Shown here piece after piece: positions 27,064 through 36,815 of a DNA stretch of 64,000 nucleotides (position 1 is its first letter; every line of letters begins with the position of its first letter). The DNA is taken from assembly GCA_029288725.1 (NCBI GenBank), contig JARIGS010000004.1:15132-79131 (forward strand), given 5' to 3'. This stretch comes from Candidatus Nomurabacteria bacterium. Its GTDB lineage: Bacteria; Patescibacteriota; Minisyncoccia; Phycocordibacterales; UBA9973. A program made the translations under genes and the position numbers. The notes below the pieces were generated by a model. That model ran no database searches. It was not told where the DNA came from and saw only the letters and a program-made list of their open reading frames with translations.

Positions 27064-30000
27064 ATGGAAGAAGACACAAACCCAGCCGTCGCTAAAGCTA
27101 TGGCGAGCAAAGAAAAATCACAACGTGCACAGACCGAGGAGCGGATCCTCGCATTTTGGCAGCAGGAACATATTTTTGAAAAGACCTTGGAAAAGGATGC
27201 CCCAAAGGGGGAGTATATTTTTTATGAAGGACCACCGACTGCCAATGCCAAGCCGGCATTGCACCACCTGGAGTCTCGCGCATTCAAGGACGTTATTCCT
27301 CGATACAAGACCATGCAGGGGTATCGTGTGCCGCGTCGTGCCGGATGGGATACGCACGGTTTGCCAGTAGAATTGCAGATTGAAAAGAAATTGGGTCTTA
27401 CTTCCAAGAAAGAGATCGAGGCGTATGGTGTCGCACAGTTCAATAAGGAATGTAAGGATAGTGTTTTCACCTACATCAAGGACTGGGAAGACTTTACCGA
27501 CCGCATCGGTTACTGGGTTGATAAGAAAAGCGCGTACTATACGTTTGATACGAATTACATTGAATCAGTCTGGCATATCTTGTCGACCGTAAACAACAAG
27601 GGCCTTGTCTACAAAGACTTCAAGGTCCTGCCGTGGTGCCCACGTTGCGGTACAGCGCTCTCAAGTCATGAATTGGCACAGCCAGGCGCATATATGGACG
27701 TGAAGGATTTGTCAGTGACAGCAAAGTTTAAAGTTGTTGGACAGGATAATACCTACATCCTCGCTTGGACTACTACACCGTGGACATTGCCAGGGAATGT
27801 CGGTTTAGCTGTTGGGGCGGATATTGATTATGTTGCAGTAGAAAAAGATGGAGAAACGCTGATCCTTGCAAAGGAGCGTATGGAAGTGCTCGGCGGCGAC
27901 CTTACGGTGATAAAAGAAATGAAAGGCAAAGATCTTGTTGGCCTTTCCTATGAACCGCTTTATCCATATCTTGCGAATCTTATCGCTGGTGACGAAGCAA
28001 AGAAAATGGATGCAGCATATAAGGTCTATCCAGCAGATTTCGTTACTACCACTGATGGTACCGGTATCGTACACACAGCCGTAATGTATGGTGCTGATGA
28101 CTTTGATTTGGGAACGGCAGTTGGTTTGCCAAAGTTTCATACCGTTGATGATACAGGGCATTTCATTGCCGGTACTGATTTTCTTGGGGGGCGATTTGTG
28201 AAGGATGAGGAAGTGGCTGTCGATATCATTAAAGACCTTGCGCATCGGGGATTGCTGTTCAAGAAGGAAAAATATGAGCACTCTTATCCGCATTGCTGGC
28301 GTTGTAAGACTCCATTGCTCTACTATGCCCGTGATTCATGGTACATCGCGATGTCAAAAATGCGTGATGAGCTAGTAAAGGAAAACGAGACCATCAACTG
28401 GGAACCGGCTCACATCAAGCAGGGGCGCTTTGGCGAATGGCTGAAGGACCTTAAGGATTGGGCGATTTCTCGTGAACGATACTGGGGTACGCCATTGCCG
28501 ATTTGGCAGGCAGCCGATGGTGAGCGACTATTTGTTGATTCCGTTGCAACATTGAAGCAATACATCAAGAAGTCAGGCAATACGTACTTCATCATGCGCC
28601 ATGGCCAGACTGAGCACAACCTCAAAGGATTGTGGAATTTCGGTGACACCACTGATCCGTTGACTGATGCAGGAAGGGAGCAGGTAGTGGCAAGCGCCGC
28701 TATGTTGAAGGATAAAAAGATTGACCTGATCATCACTTCACCGTTTGCCCGTACGCTGGAAACGGCAACACTGGTAGCGGCACGAATTGGATTGACTGAG
28801 GAAAATATCATTACCGATAGTCGCATCGGTGAGTGGAATGTCGGCGCAGCATTTGATGGCAAACCAATGGATGAGTTCTTTGCTATTCGCAATGCTCAGG
28901 CTGATCGATATGGGTTCAAAACCGAAGATGGTGAATCCTATGCTGACCTTATCAAGCGGGCAGGGGATTTTCTCTACGATATTGAAAAAAAATATGAAGG
29001 CAAAACAATTCTGATTGTCTCTCATGGTGGCGTTGATCGTGCGATGGATCTGATCTCGCAGGGTCTTTCAATGAGAAATCTGTTTGAACAGAGTCGCGCG
29101 TATCAGAACTTTGCCAATGCCGAAGTGCGGCAGATTGATTTTGCTCCCATGCCGCACAATGAACAATATGAGCTTGATCTGCACCGCCCGTTTATTGATG
29201 ACGTTGTGCTGGTCAAACCGGCAACTGACATGTCAGGAGAGGCAAGGGAATTCAGACGCGTGAAGGAAGTGATGGATGTCTGGTTTGACTCAGGGTCAAT
29301 GCCATTTGCACAGGATCATTATCCCTTCGGGCTACGCCCTCAGGGTCTGACGACCCATACAACCCAAGAACTTGCGTATCCGGCGGACTTTATCTCAGAA
29401 GCGATTGATCAGACCCGTGGATGGTTCTACACCTTGCATGCTATTGGAACATTGATGGGTCGTGGCAAGGCGTATAAAAACGTTATTTGTCTTGGTCATA
29501 TCCTTGATGCCGAAGGCAAGAAAATGTCGAAGTCCATCGGTAACATCGTTGATCCGTGGCAGGAAATGGGCCGTTTCGGTGTCGATACGTTGCGTTTGTG
29601 GATGTACTCAGTTAATCAGCCGGGGGATTCAAAAAACTATGACCCAAAGACCGTGATGGAAATGGAGCGTCAGACATTTGGCCTGCTGTATAACGTCCTT
29701 TCATTTTATGAACTCTATCGTGATACAGAGTTAGAGGTTCAATCTCTCAGTGAATCAACCAACGTATTGGATCAGTGGATCATTGCTCGTCTCAATATTT
29801 TGATCATCATCTGTACTGATGGTTTAGATCATTACAAAACGATGGAACCAGTACGAGCGATTCGTGATTTCATTGGTGACCTTTCAACGTGGTATGTGCG
29901 TCGATCGCGTGAGCGATTGAAGGGAGAAGGTCGCGTTTTAATGGACGGTACGCGACACGATTCCGCAGAATCGGCTAAAGCGACTCTGTACCATATTCTT

Positions 30001-30615
30001 AAAACACTTGCTCAATTACTTGCGCCATTTGCGCCATTCGCGGCAGAGGATATATGGGGTCACTTAAAACATTCTTCTGATACAGTATCGGTCCACCTAT
30101 CATCATGGCCTACGGTTGTACCTACTTCTATAGATGGAGTAATACTATTGGAAAACATGATCACTGTCCGTAGCATCTGTACAATTGGTAACGCCCTTCG
30201 TAAGAAACTGGCAATTCCAGTTCGTCAGCCATTGCAGTCTATTACCGTGAAAGGTGAGGCATTGCCTCAAGAGTATGTGGCATTGATCATGGATGAATTG
30301 AATGTGAAGGAAGTAGTGTTTAATACCGACCTAGAAACTGAAGCCGAGCTTGATACTACTATCACACCCGCTCTCAAAGCCGAGGGTGACTATCGTGAAC
30401 TTGTGCGTGCAGTACAGGACTTGCGCAAGACAAAAGGCTTAACACCGAGTGATGAGATTACCATCACGCTTAGCCCTGCCGGAGAATCATTGCTCACACC
30501 GTTCATGGAGGATTTCAAAAAAACCGTCCTTGCAACCGAGGTGAATTTTGCAGAAAATGAGGGGGAAGCAATTACGATCGGAGATCGGACTATGGAAATA
30601 ATCCTTACGGCATAA
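27064..30615 (+). CDS. ileS: Isoleucyl-tRNA synthetase (type-2/T. thermophilus-like), unusually long at 1183 aa because of an inserted ~200-aa histidine-phosphatase (PGAM-like) domain. The HIGH motif is degenerate.
   Basis: 'FYEGPPTANAKPALHH' (HIGH position reads ALHH), CP1 editing region, 'WCPRCGT', 'RERYWGTPLPIW', 'DVWFDSGSMPF', 'KKMSKSIGN'. Start refined to ATG 27064. Confidence 0.9.
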   Translation: MEEDTNPAVAKAMASKEKSQRAQTEERILAFWQQEHIFEKTLEKDAPKGEYIFYEGPPTANAKPALHHLESRAFKDVIPRYKTMQGYRVPRRAGWDTHGLPVELQIEKKLGLTSKKEIEAYGVAQFNKECKDSVFTYIKDWEDFTDRIGYWVDKKSAYYTFDTNYIESVWHILSTVNNKGLVYKDFKVLPWCPRCGTALSSHELAQPGAYMDVKDLSVTAKFKVVGQDNTYILAWTTTPWTLPGNVGLAVGADIDYVAVEKDGETLILAKERMEVLGGDLTVIKEMKGKDLVGLSYEPLYPYLANLIAGDEAKKMDAAYKVYPADFVTTTDGTGIVHTAVMYGADDFDLGTAVGLPKFHTVDDTGHFIAGTDFLGGRFVKDEEVAVDIIKDLAHRGLLFKKEKYEHSYPHCWRCKTPLLYYARDSWYIAMSKMRDELVKENETINWEPAHIKQGRFGEWLKDLKDWAISRERYWGTPLPIWQAADGERLFVDSVATLKQYIKKSGNTYFIMRHGQTEHNLKGLWNFGDTTDPLTDAGREQVVASAAMLKDKKIDLIITSPFARTLETATLVAARIGLTEENIITDSRIGEWNVGAAFDGKPMDEFFAIRNAQADRYGFKTEDGESYADLIKRAGDFLYDIEKKYEGKTILIVSHGGVDRAMDLISQGLSMRNLFEQSRAYQNFANAEVRQIDFAPMPHNEQYELDLHRPFIDDVVLVKPATDMSGEAREFRRVKEVMDVWFDSGSMPFAQDHYPFGLRPQGLTTHTTQELAYPADFISEAIDQTRGWFYTLHAIGTLMGRGKAYKNVICLGHILDAEGKKMSKSIGNIVDPWQEMGRFGVDTLRLWMYSVNQPGDSKNYDPKTVMEMERQTFGLLYNVLSFYELYRDTELEVQSLSESTNVLDQWIIARLNILIIICTDGLDHYKTMEPVRAIRDFIGDLSTWYVRRSRERLKGEGRVLMDGTRHDSAESAKATLYHILKTLAQLLAPFAPFAAEDIWGHLKHSSDTVSVHLSSWPTVVPTSIDGVILLENMITVRSICTIGNALRKKLAIPVRQPLQSITVKGEALPQEYVALIMDELNVKEVVFNTDLETEAELDTTITPALKAEGDYRELVRAVQDLRKTKGLTPSDEITITLSPAGESLLTPFMEDFKKTVLATEVNFAENEGEAITIGDRTMEIILTA
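28561..29163 (+). other. Histidine-phosphatase superfamily (phosphoglycerate-mutase-like) domain inserted in-frame inside ileS.
   Basis: Branch-1 signature 'FIMRHGQTEHN' (RHGxT) and second catalytic-His motif 'ILIVSHGGVDRAM'. Flanked by the conserved IleS blocks 'WGTPLPIW' upstream and 'DLHRPFIDD...DVWFDSGS' downstream. Confidence 0.75.
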
Positions 30616-30723
30616 CGTAGTATACTAAGTGTCATGGCAATACAACAGCAATTGGACACTGCGGCACAGCGGCAACGAGACGCGATGGAAGCATTACTAC
30701 ATAAGGCTCACAAGAGTAATTCT

Positions 30724-31362
30724 ATGAATATACACAAGATTGGACACTGCTGTCTTATTATCGAAACGAAAGGCGTACGGATCATGACTGACCCCGGTTC
30801 TTTTACGACAGCGCAAAATGAGGAAAAAAATATCGATATCGTGATGATCACGCACGAGCATGCGGACCATTTCCATGTTGATTCATTGAAACAAGTGATG
30901 GCAAACAATCCTGAAGCAAAAGTTATTACTAATACGGCAGTAGGAAAGCTGCTGGATGCAGAAGGCATTGCATATGAAATCCTTGAAGAAGGCGGCACTA
31001 TGACCGTTCGTGATATCGTACTGGAAGGTTTTGGCGAAAAGCACGCAATCATCTACAAGGATATGGGACAGGTTCAGAATACCGGCTACTTCATCGATGA
31101 GACCTTGTTCTACCCGGGCGATGCATTTACTGCTCCCGGTAAACCGGTGAAAGTATTGGCATTACCAACGGTTGCACCATGGATGAAATTGTCCGAAGCG
31201 ATCGAATACGCATTGGCAGTAAAACCAACCTATGCCTTTCCGGTGCACGATGCAATTGCAACCATGCCCGGCATGTTTGCCCGTATGCTCACCCCATTAC
31301 TTGGGCCAGAAGGCATTGATTTCATTCCATTGGAGGCAGGACAGTCTCATACCTTCGAGTAA
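30724..31362 (+). CDS. MBL-fold metallo-hydrolase (UlaG/YtnP-like). The start is uncertain; an upstream ATG at 30634 is in frame.
   Basis: 'MITHEHADHFHVD' (HxHxDH) motif. Confidence 0.6.
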   Translation: MNIHKIGHCCLIIETKGVRIMTDPGSFTTAQNEEKNIDIVMITHEHADHFHVDSLKQVMANNPEAKVITNTAVGKLLDAEGIAYEILEEGGTMTVRDIVLEGFGEKHAIIYKDMGQVQNTGYFIDETLFYPGDAFTAPGKPVKVLALPTVAPWMKLSEAIEYALAVKPTYAFPVHDAIATMPGMFARMLTPLLGPEGIDFIPLEAGQSHTFE

Positions 31363-31377
31363 TTTCACCCATTCGTC

Positions 31378-31953
31378 ATGCACCCCATCCACCATACCGA
31401 AGCGATTGTCATCCGCAGCGAACCTTCGGGTGAGGCTAACAAACGCGTGTGGTTGCTGACCGACACCTTCGGTTTGATCGTTGCGGTAGTGCAAGGAGTA
31501 CGCAAGCCGGAAGCAAAATTGAAAAGTCATGTCACTGACTATGGCGTTATTGCTGCCGATCTTATCAAAGGAAAACATACCTGGCGACTGGTAAGCGCAA
31601 CCGTACGGGATGCAGTAATAAACCATGACTATAGCCGTAATCCTTTGGTCAGAGCGTATGTTCGCACCATCGCATTCCTGGAGCGATTTTTAGTAGGGGA
31701 AGGAGCACAGCCGGAACTGTATGCGCATGTGCGTACGGTGGGGGCAATGATCGGTGGTCAGTACGATCCACGAGCAGTTGATGCATTGTCACTATGGAAA
31801 ATGCTTGCCATCCTGGGATATATTGCCATTGATGATGCTGATGAGGAATTATTCACGCTGCCCTTTGAGCAGGCGATTATGTTGGTTGACGATATGCGCA
31901 TAAAGAAATTGATACAAAGTGCGACGGATGCCATTACTTCCAGCCATCTTTGA
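31378..31953 (+). CDS. recO: RecO-like recombination mediator: short 191-aa form with the N-terminal OB fold and no C-terminal zinc finger.
   Basis: Collinear with the E. coli RecO N-terminus: 'EAIVIRSEPSGEANKRVWLLTDTFGLIVAVVQGVRKP' versus '[37 protein letters not shown]'. Confidence 0.55.
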   Translation: MHPIHHTEAIVIRSEPSGEANKRVWLLTDTFGLIVAVVQGVRKPEAKLKSHVTDYGVIAADLIKGKHTWRLVSATVRDAVINHDYSRNPLVRAYVRTIAFLERFLVGEGAQPELYAHVRTVGAMIGGQYDPRAVDALSLWKMLAILGYIAIDDADEELFTLPFEQAIMLVDDMRIKKLIQSATDAITSSHL

Positions 31954-31965
31954 TATACTGTATCC

Positions 31966-33852
31966 ATGGCAGATGACCACATCGATCACCTTGGCGAATT
32001 GGAGAAACGTCTCTATGCACGCGATCCGGAAAATGTTCCTAAAAGAACGTTTGGCATCTTGCGTCCTGAACGGCAAAATGTCACATCAGCATGGGGACAG
32101 ACCGCTGTGCCTAAAACTCAGACCGTGCCAAAGAGCGGAGCGGGAGGCTATCGTCGCTTCTTTATTTTCTCCCTCATTTTTTTCCTGCTTGCATTAGGGG
32201 CTGCGGCATTCAGCATCTATCGCGGGGCGTCTACACTTTCGAGTAAGAACGTTGATATTTCAATATTGGGGAATTCTTTTGTGGCGGCCGGTGACACCCT
32301 GCCATTACAGGTAGAGGTTGCCAATAGCAATTCAGCCGCATTACTCGATGCCAAGTTGTCATTGGAGTATCCCAAGGGGGCTGATGATGGATCAGGAAGT
32401 GATACTGCTCATGTCGAGCAGGACATGGGAACGGTCAATGCCGGTCAGACTAAAAGCCAATCCTTCTCAGTCGTGCTGTATGGCCAACAGGGTACTTCTC
32501 AGACCATTACCGCAACATTTTCATATCAGTTAAAAAATTCCAGCGCCGTCTTTCAAAAGACCAAGACCTTTTCGGTCATGATCAGTTCCAGTCCATTGAC
32601 CTTAACGGTTGACGGGCCCACTTCCATTGCGGCCAATCAGTCTTTTGAGCTTTCATTGAATAATAGCTTCACCAGCACTTCGCCTTTGAACAATGTCATT
32701 ACTCGCGTGGAATATCCAAATGGATTCGTCTTTGCGTCTGCTGATCCCGCTCCGACGGGAGGGAACAATGTCTGGGCATTGGGTGATTTGGAAAGCGGCA
32801 CCAATCGCACGATTGTGATCAGGGGAAAGCTGACCGGTGAGGAAAATGAACAGAAGTCATTTCGCGTCTATGTCGGCACGCCGGCATCCGCTACTGACAC
32901 TTCCATTGCTACCGTCTATAACTCGGCTTTGCAGACGATTACTCTTGCCAACCCGTTCATTGATGCACAGCTCAACGTCAATGGCATAAAGACTGACATC
33001 ATTCCTGTATCAGTCGGGGATACTTCAAACGGTACTATTTCATGGGCCAATACGTCTGCAACGACCATTACTAATCCAACCTTCACGCTTTCTCTCCAAG
33101 GTACTGGAGTTGATCCAGACAGTGTCACTGCAAGCAATGGATACTATGATCCGGCAAGCAATACCATTACCTGGAATGCCGATTCAGACAAAGATCTAGC
33201 AACACTGTCACCGGGCCAGACGGGCAGTCTATCATTCACCTTCCTATCAAAGGCCACTGATACCAGCGACGTTGGCCTGCACCTGTCAGTTCAGGGAACA
33301 TTCCCAGAGAACAACTACCAGCAGCAGACGATCAATGACATTGATGTGAAGACCGTGCGATACAGTGCACACCTGCAATTTGCGGCACAGTCATTGTATT
33401 CAGTTGGACCAATCAAAAATACTGGACCGTATCCTTCAAAGGCCAATCAGGTTACTACCTATACCATTACCTGGACTGCTCGTCCTTCTGAAAATCCGCT
33501 CACGAACATGGTCGCCAGTGCCGTCCTTCCTCCTGGAGTAACATGGGTTGGTGTCGTGTCCCCGCAATCTGAACCCGTCAGTTATGCCAGTGACACTCGG
33601 ACGGTGACATGGAATGCCGGCGTGATGCCGCAGGCCACCAGTACACCAAAAGCCAAGACTGTTTCGTTTCAGATTTCGGTCAAACCAACGAAGGATCAGG
33701 TTGGACAGGAATTGCCCCTACTCGGTGAGACGACCGTAGTGGCAACCGATGCCACTGCCAACGTGCCGTTGACCGTCACCCGTCCCGCTCTTACTAACAC
33801 ACTGTCCACTGACCCTGTATATAGTCAAGGAAAAGAGCATGTGTTACCATAG
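31966..33852 (+). CDS. Membrane-anchored cell-surface protein with repeated beta-rich (DUF11/CARDB-like) domains.
   Basis: Cytoplasmic N-terminus, TM 'FFIFSLIFFLLALGAAAFSIY', then repeated Thr/Ser/Asn-rich beta modules. Confidence 0.5.
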   Translation: MADDHIDHLGELEKRLYARDPENVPKRTFGILRPERQNVTSAWGQTAVPKTQTVPKSGAGGYRRFFIFSLIFFLLALGAAAFSIYRGASTLSSKNVDISILGNSFVAAGDTLPLQVEVANSNSAALLDAKLSLEYPKGADDGSGSDTAHVEQDMGTVNAGQTKSQSFSVVLYGQQGTSQTITATFSYQLKNSSAVFQKTKTFSVMISSSPLTLTVDGPTSIAANQSFELSLNNSFTSTSPLNNVITRVEYPNGFVFASADPAPTGGNNVWALGDLESGTNRTIVIRGKLTGEENEQKSFRVYVGTPASATDTSIATVYNSALQTITLANPFIDAQLNVNGIKTDIIPVSVGDTSNGTISWANTSATTITNPTFTLSLQGTGVDPDSVTASNGYYDPASNTITWNADSDKDLATLSPGQTGSLSFTFLSKATDTSDVGLHLSVQGTFPENNYQQQTINDIDVKTVRYSAHLQFAAQSLYSVGPIKNTGPYPSKANQVTTYTITWTARPSENPLTNMVASAVLPPGVTWVGVVSPQSEPVSYASDTRTVTWNAGVMPQATSTPKAKTVSFQISVKPTKDQVGQELPLLGETTVVATDATANVPLTVTRPALTNTLSTDPVYSQGKEHVLP

Positions 33853-33860
33853 CTCTACGT

Positions 33861-35240
33861 ATGCAATCCGACCCCAACCCCGTATCCATGGACCAATTAA
33901 TCAGCCTTTGTAAGCGCAGAGGCTTTATTTTTCAAGGGTCTGAGGTCTATGGCGGTTTGGCTGGCACCTGGGACTACGGTCCACTTGGAACCGAACTAAA
34001 GCGCAATATTCAAAATGCCTGGTGGAAGATGTTCGTCACCGACCGCGAAGACATGTACGGTGTCGATGCTGCAATTTTGATGAATCAGAACGTATGGAAA
34101 GCATCAGGACACGTTGCTGGATTTTCTGACCCATTGGTAGAAGATGTAGTGACTCAAAAAAGATACCGCGCTGATCATGTGCTTGAGGAACACCACATTG
34201 ATCCGAAAGGCATGAGCATTGAAACAATGTCTGCCGTCATTGCAGAAAAGCAATTAAAAAGTCCTGACGGTAATGCATTGGGAGAGGTACGCACCTTTAA
34301 CATGATGTTTCAAACAAATATTGGTGCACTACAGGATGAGGCTTCAGTAAGCTATCTTCGTCCAGAAACTGCACAGGGCATGTTTGTAAACTTCAAGAAT
34401 GTTGTTGATAGTTTGCACCCAAAGTTGCCGTTTGGTTTGGGACAGATAGGGAAGGCATTTCGTAATGAGATTGCGCCACGTGATTTCGTTTTTCGTTCTC
34501 GCGAATTTGAACAAATGGAAATTGAATATTTTGTTGAAGAAAAGGATTGGCAGGGAAGATTCAGTGATTGGATCAATGCCATGTATCAATGGATGGATCA
34601 TGTCGGCATTCCTCGTGCGTCAGTTCATGAACTTGAAGTTGCACCGGAAGACCTGGCACACTACTCAAAGCGAACGATGGACTTTGAATTTGATTTTCCT
34701 TTCGGACGAAAGGAGCTCTATGGTTTGGCGTATCGCACTAACTTTGATCTGAACAATCATGCAGAAGCAAGTAAGGTGCCGTTGTATGTAGTTGATGATG
34801 AGACAAGCGAAAAGATCGTGCCGCACTGCATTGAGCCAACCTTCGGCCTTGATCGTACTATTCTTGCAGTGCTTGCAAGTGCTTATCATGAAGAAGGAGA
34901 AGGCGATGATATGCGCGTGGTATTGAAATTAAAGCCATCGATTGCACCGTATAAAGTCTGTGTTTCTCCGTTGCTGAAAAATAAACCACAACTCGTTGAT
35001 AAGGCACGCATTGTATATGGCGGCTTGAAGAAAGTATTTGGCAATGTAACGTGGGACGATAATGGCAACATCGGAAAAAGATATAGACGACAAGATGAAA
35101 TCGGTACGCCGTACTGCATCACGATTGATTTTGATACATTAGAAAATGATAGTGTGACTGTTCGTGACCGCGACACTGGTACTCAGGACCGTGTAGTGAT
35201 CAGTGATTTGGAAAATTTCTTGAAGGAAAAACTGCAATAA
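33861..35240 (+). CDS. glyQS: Glycyl-tRNA synthetase, alpha2 (archaeal/eukaryal-like) type.
   Basis: 'RGFIFQGSEVYGGLAGTWDYGPLG' N-terminus, class II motif 2 'FRNEIAPR', anticodon-binding C-terminus. Confidence 0.9.
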   Translation: MQSDPNPVSMDQLISLCKRRGFIFQGSEVYGGLAGTWDYGPLGTELKRNIQNAWWKMFVTDREDMYGVDAAILMNQNVWKASGHVAGFSDPLVEDVVTQKRYRADHVLEEHHIDPKGMSIETMSAVIAEKQLKSPDGNALGEVRTFNMMFQTNIGALQDEASVSYLRPETAQGMFVNFKNVVDSLHPKLPFGLGQIGKAFRNEIAPRDFVFRSREFEQMEIEYFVEEKDWQGRFSDWINAMYQWMDHVGIPRASVHELEVAPEDLAHYSKRTMDFEFDFPFGRKELYGLAYRTNFDLNNHAEASKVPLYVVDDETSEKIVPHCIEPTFGLDRTILAVLASAYHEEGEGDDMRVVLKLKPSIAPYKVCVSPLLKNKPQLVDKARIVYGGLKKVFGNVTWDDNGNIGKRYRRQDEIGTPYCITIDFDTLENDSVTVRDRDTGTQDRVVISDLENFLKEKLQ

Positions 35241-35251
35241 AAAATTGCAAC

Positions 35252-35283
35252 AAAAAAATTGGGAGCTGAGCTCCCAATTTTAC
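35252..35283. terminator. Bidirectional terminator AAAAAAATTGGGAGC-TGA-GCTCCCAATTTT.
   Basis: Perfect 8-bp GC-containing stem with A-run and T-run on each side. Confidence 0.7.
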
Positions 35284-35294
35284 TTTTGATACTG

Positions 35295-35432
35295 TTACTT
35301 GTCCTGGACAAGTCCTTTACGGTTTACATCTCTGGTGTACCACTTAAACCATGCATACAGAGTGCAACCGATTATTAATCCCACAGTAATATATCCTTCT
35401 TTTGTCATGGAAAAACCTGTTTCTTTCACCAT
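35295..35432 (-). CDS. Candidate 45-aa small membrane protein. Not in the ORF track.
   Basis: ATG at 35430-35432 (minus) is preceded by 'GGAGAAAGAGGT' at 6-8 nt spacing, an unusually good SD for this window. Product 'MVKETGFSMTKEGYITVGLIIGCTLYAWFKWYTRDVNRKGLVQDK' has one TM helix. Confidence 0.25.
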   Translation of the reverse strand: MVKETGFSMTKEGYITVGLIIGCTLYAWFKWYTRDVNRKGLVQDK

Positions 35433-35494
35433 ACCTCTTTCTCCACAATCTTGTCAATTTTGCATAAAAAGGTGATTTCGGCTTTAATGGGGGC

Positions 35495-36766
35495 ATGAAA
35501 GTTATCGAAAAAACACTTCCTAATGGATTGCGTGTGGTCATGGTACCGCAGGCTGATGCTGCTACCGCGACTGTACTGATCTTGGTCGGTGCAGGGTCAA
35601 AGTACGAAACAAAAAGGGAAAATGGCCTGTCGCATTTTTTGGAGCACATGTTTTTTAAAGGCACCACGCTTCGTCCAACGGCAAAGATTATTTCCGAACA
35701 GCTCGACAATCTCGGTGCCGTATCAAATGCATTCACGTCACATGAATACACTGGGTACTATGTTAAGGGCAATCCGAAGCACACGGAAACATTCATCGAT
35801 GTGCTGAGTGATATTTACTTGCACTCACTGTTTTCAGAAAAGGAAATTGAAAAGGAGAAGGGCGTGATCATTGAAGAGATCAACATGTATGAAGACATGC
35901 CGCAGCACAAAGTATGGGATGTGTTATTCGCAACGATGTACGGTGACCAACCAGTAGGGTGGCCGATTTCTGGAACTAAGGAACACGTGCGCAATTTTTC
36001 GCGAAAAGATTTTCTGCGCTATCAAAAGGAGCACTACACGTCGAGCAACACGGTCATCACTATTGCCGGTGCATTTGATGAAAAGAAAATATTTGCTGCC
36101 ATCAAGAAACAATTTGGTACAGTTGCAATGACTGATGCAAAAGATAAAAAGAAGGTCCGTGATACGCAAAAGGCATTTCAGCAAAAAGTTTTCCACAGGA
36201 AGACTGATCAGGCACACCTCGCATTGGGCTTCAGATCACCCGCTTTAGGACACAAAGATGGTCCTACGGCAAGTCTTTTGGCGACAATGTTAGGGGGAGG
36301 AATGAGCGCTCGGCTGTTCCAGGAGCTACGTGAAGAGCTTGGTGTGGCGTACTATGTTCGGGCGGAACATGACCCCTTTACGGACCACGGCATGTTTACA
36401 ATTAGCGCCGGAATCACCACTAATCGATTGACAGAGGTACTTGATTGTATTGTAGCTGTGTTACAGGATTTGAAAAATAACCCTATAAACAAAGAAGAAT
36501 TGACAAAAATACAGGAATACAGTGTAGGGATGATGCGTTTGGGGCTAGAATCCAGTGACAGTATCGCTGGATTTTATGGCAGCCAATTGCTGCTCAAAAA
36601 AGGCTACAAGACCCCCGAACAACTGACAAAAGAGTACCTCAGCGTGACCCCAGAGGACCTCAAAAGGGTGGCAAAAAAGATCTTTGTTTCGACCAGTGCA
36701 ACCCTCGTTTTAGTCGGTCCTTTTGATGAAAAAAAACTGATCGAAAACCCTCTAAAAAACCTTTAG
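35495..36766 (+). CDS. M16-family zinc metallopeptidase (pitrilysin/insulinase-like).
   Basis: Inverted zinc-binding motif 'HFLEHMFFKGT' (HxxEH) and downstream E. Confidence 0.85.
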   Translation: MKVIEKTLPNGLRVVMVPQADAATATVLILVGAGSKYETKRENGLSHFLEHMFFKGTTLRPTAKIISEQLDNLGAVSNAFTSHEYTGYYVKGNPKHTETFIDVLSDIYLHSLFSEKEIEKEKGVIIEEINMYEDMPQHKVWDVLFATMYGDQPVGWPISGTKEHVRNFSRKDFLRYQKEHYTSSNTVITIAGAFDEKKIFAAIKKQFGTVAMTDAKDKKKVRDTQKAFQQKVFHRKTDQAHLALGFRSPALGHKDGPTASLLATMLGGGMSARLFQELREELGVAYYVRAEHDPFTDHGMFTISAGITTNRLTEVLDCIVAVLQDLKNNPINKEELTKIQEYSVGMMRLGLESSDSIAGFYGSQLLLKKGYKTPEQLTKEYLSVTPEDLKRVAKKIFVSTSATLVLVGPFDEKKLIENPLKNL

Positions 36767-36815
36767 AAATAGTTTATTATTGGTAATTTGTGGAGTATAC
36801 TTATGAAGTATATTT

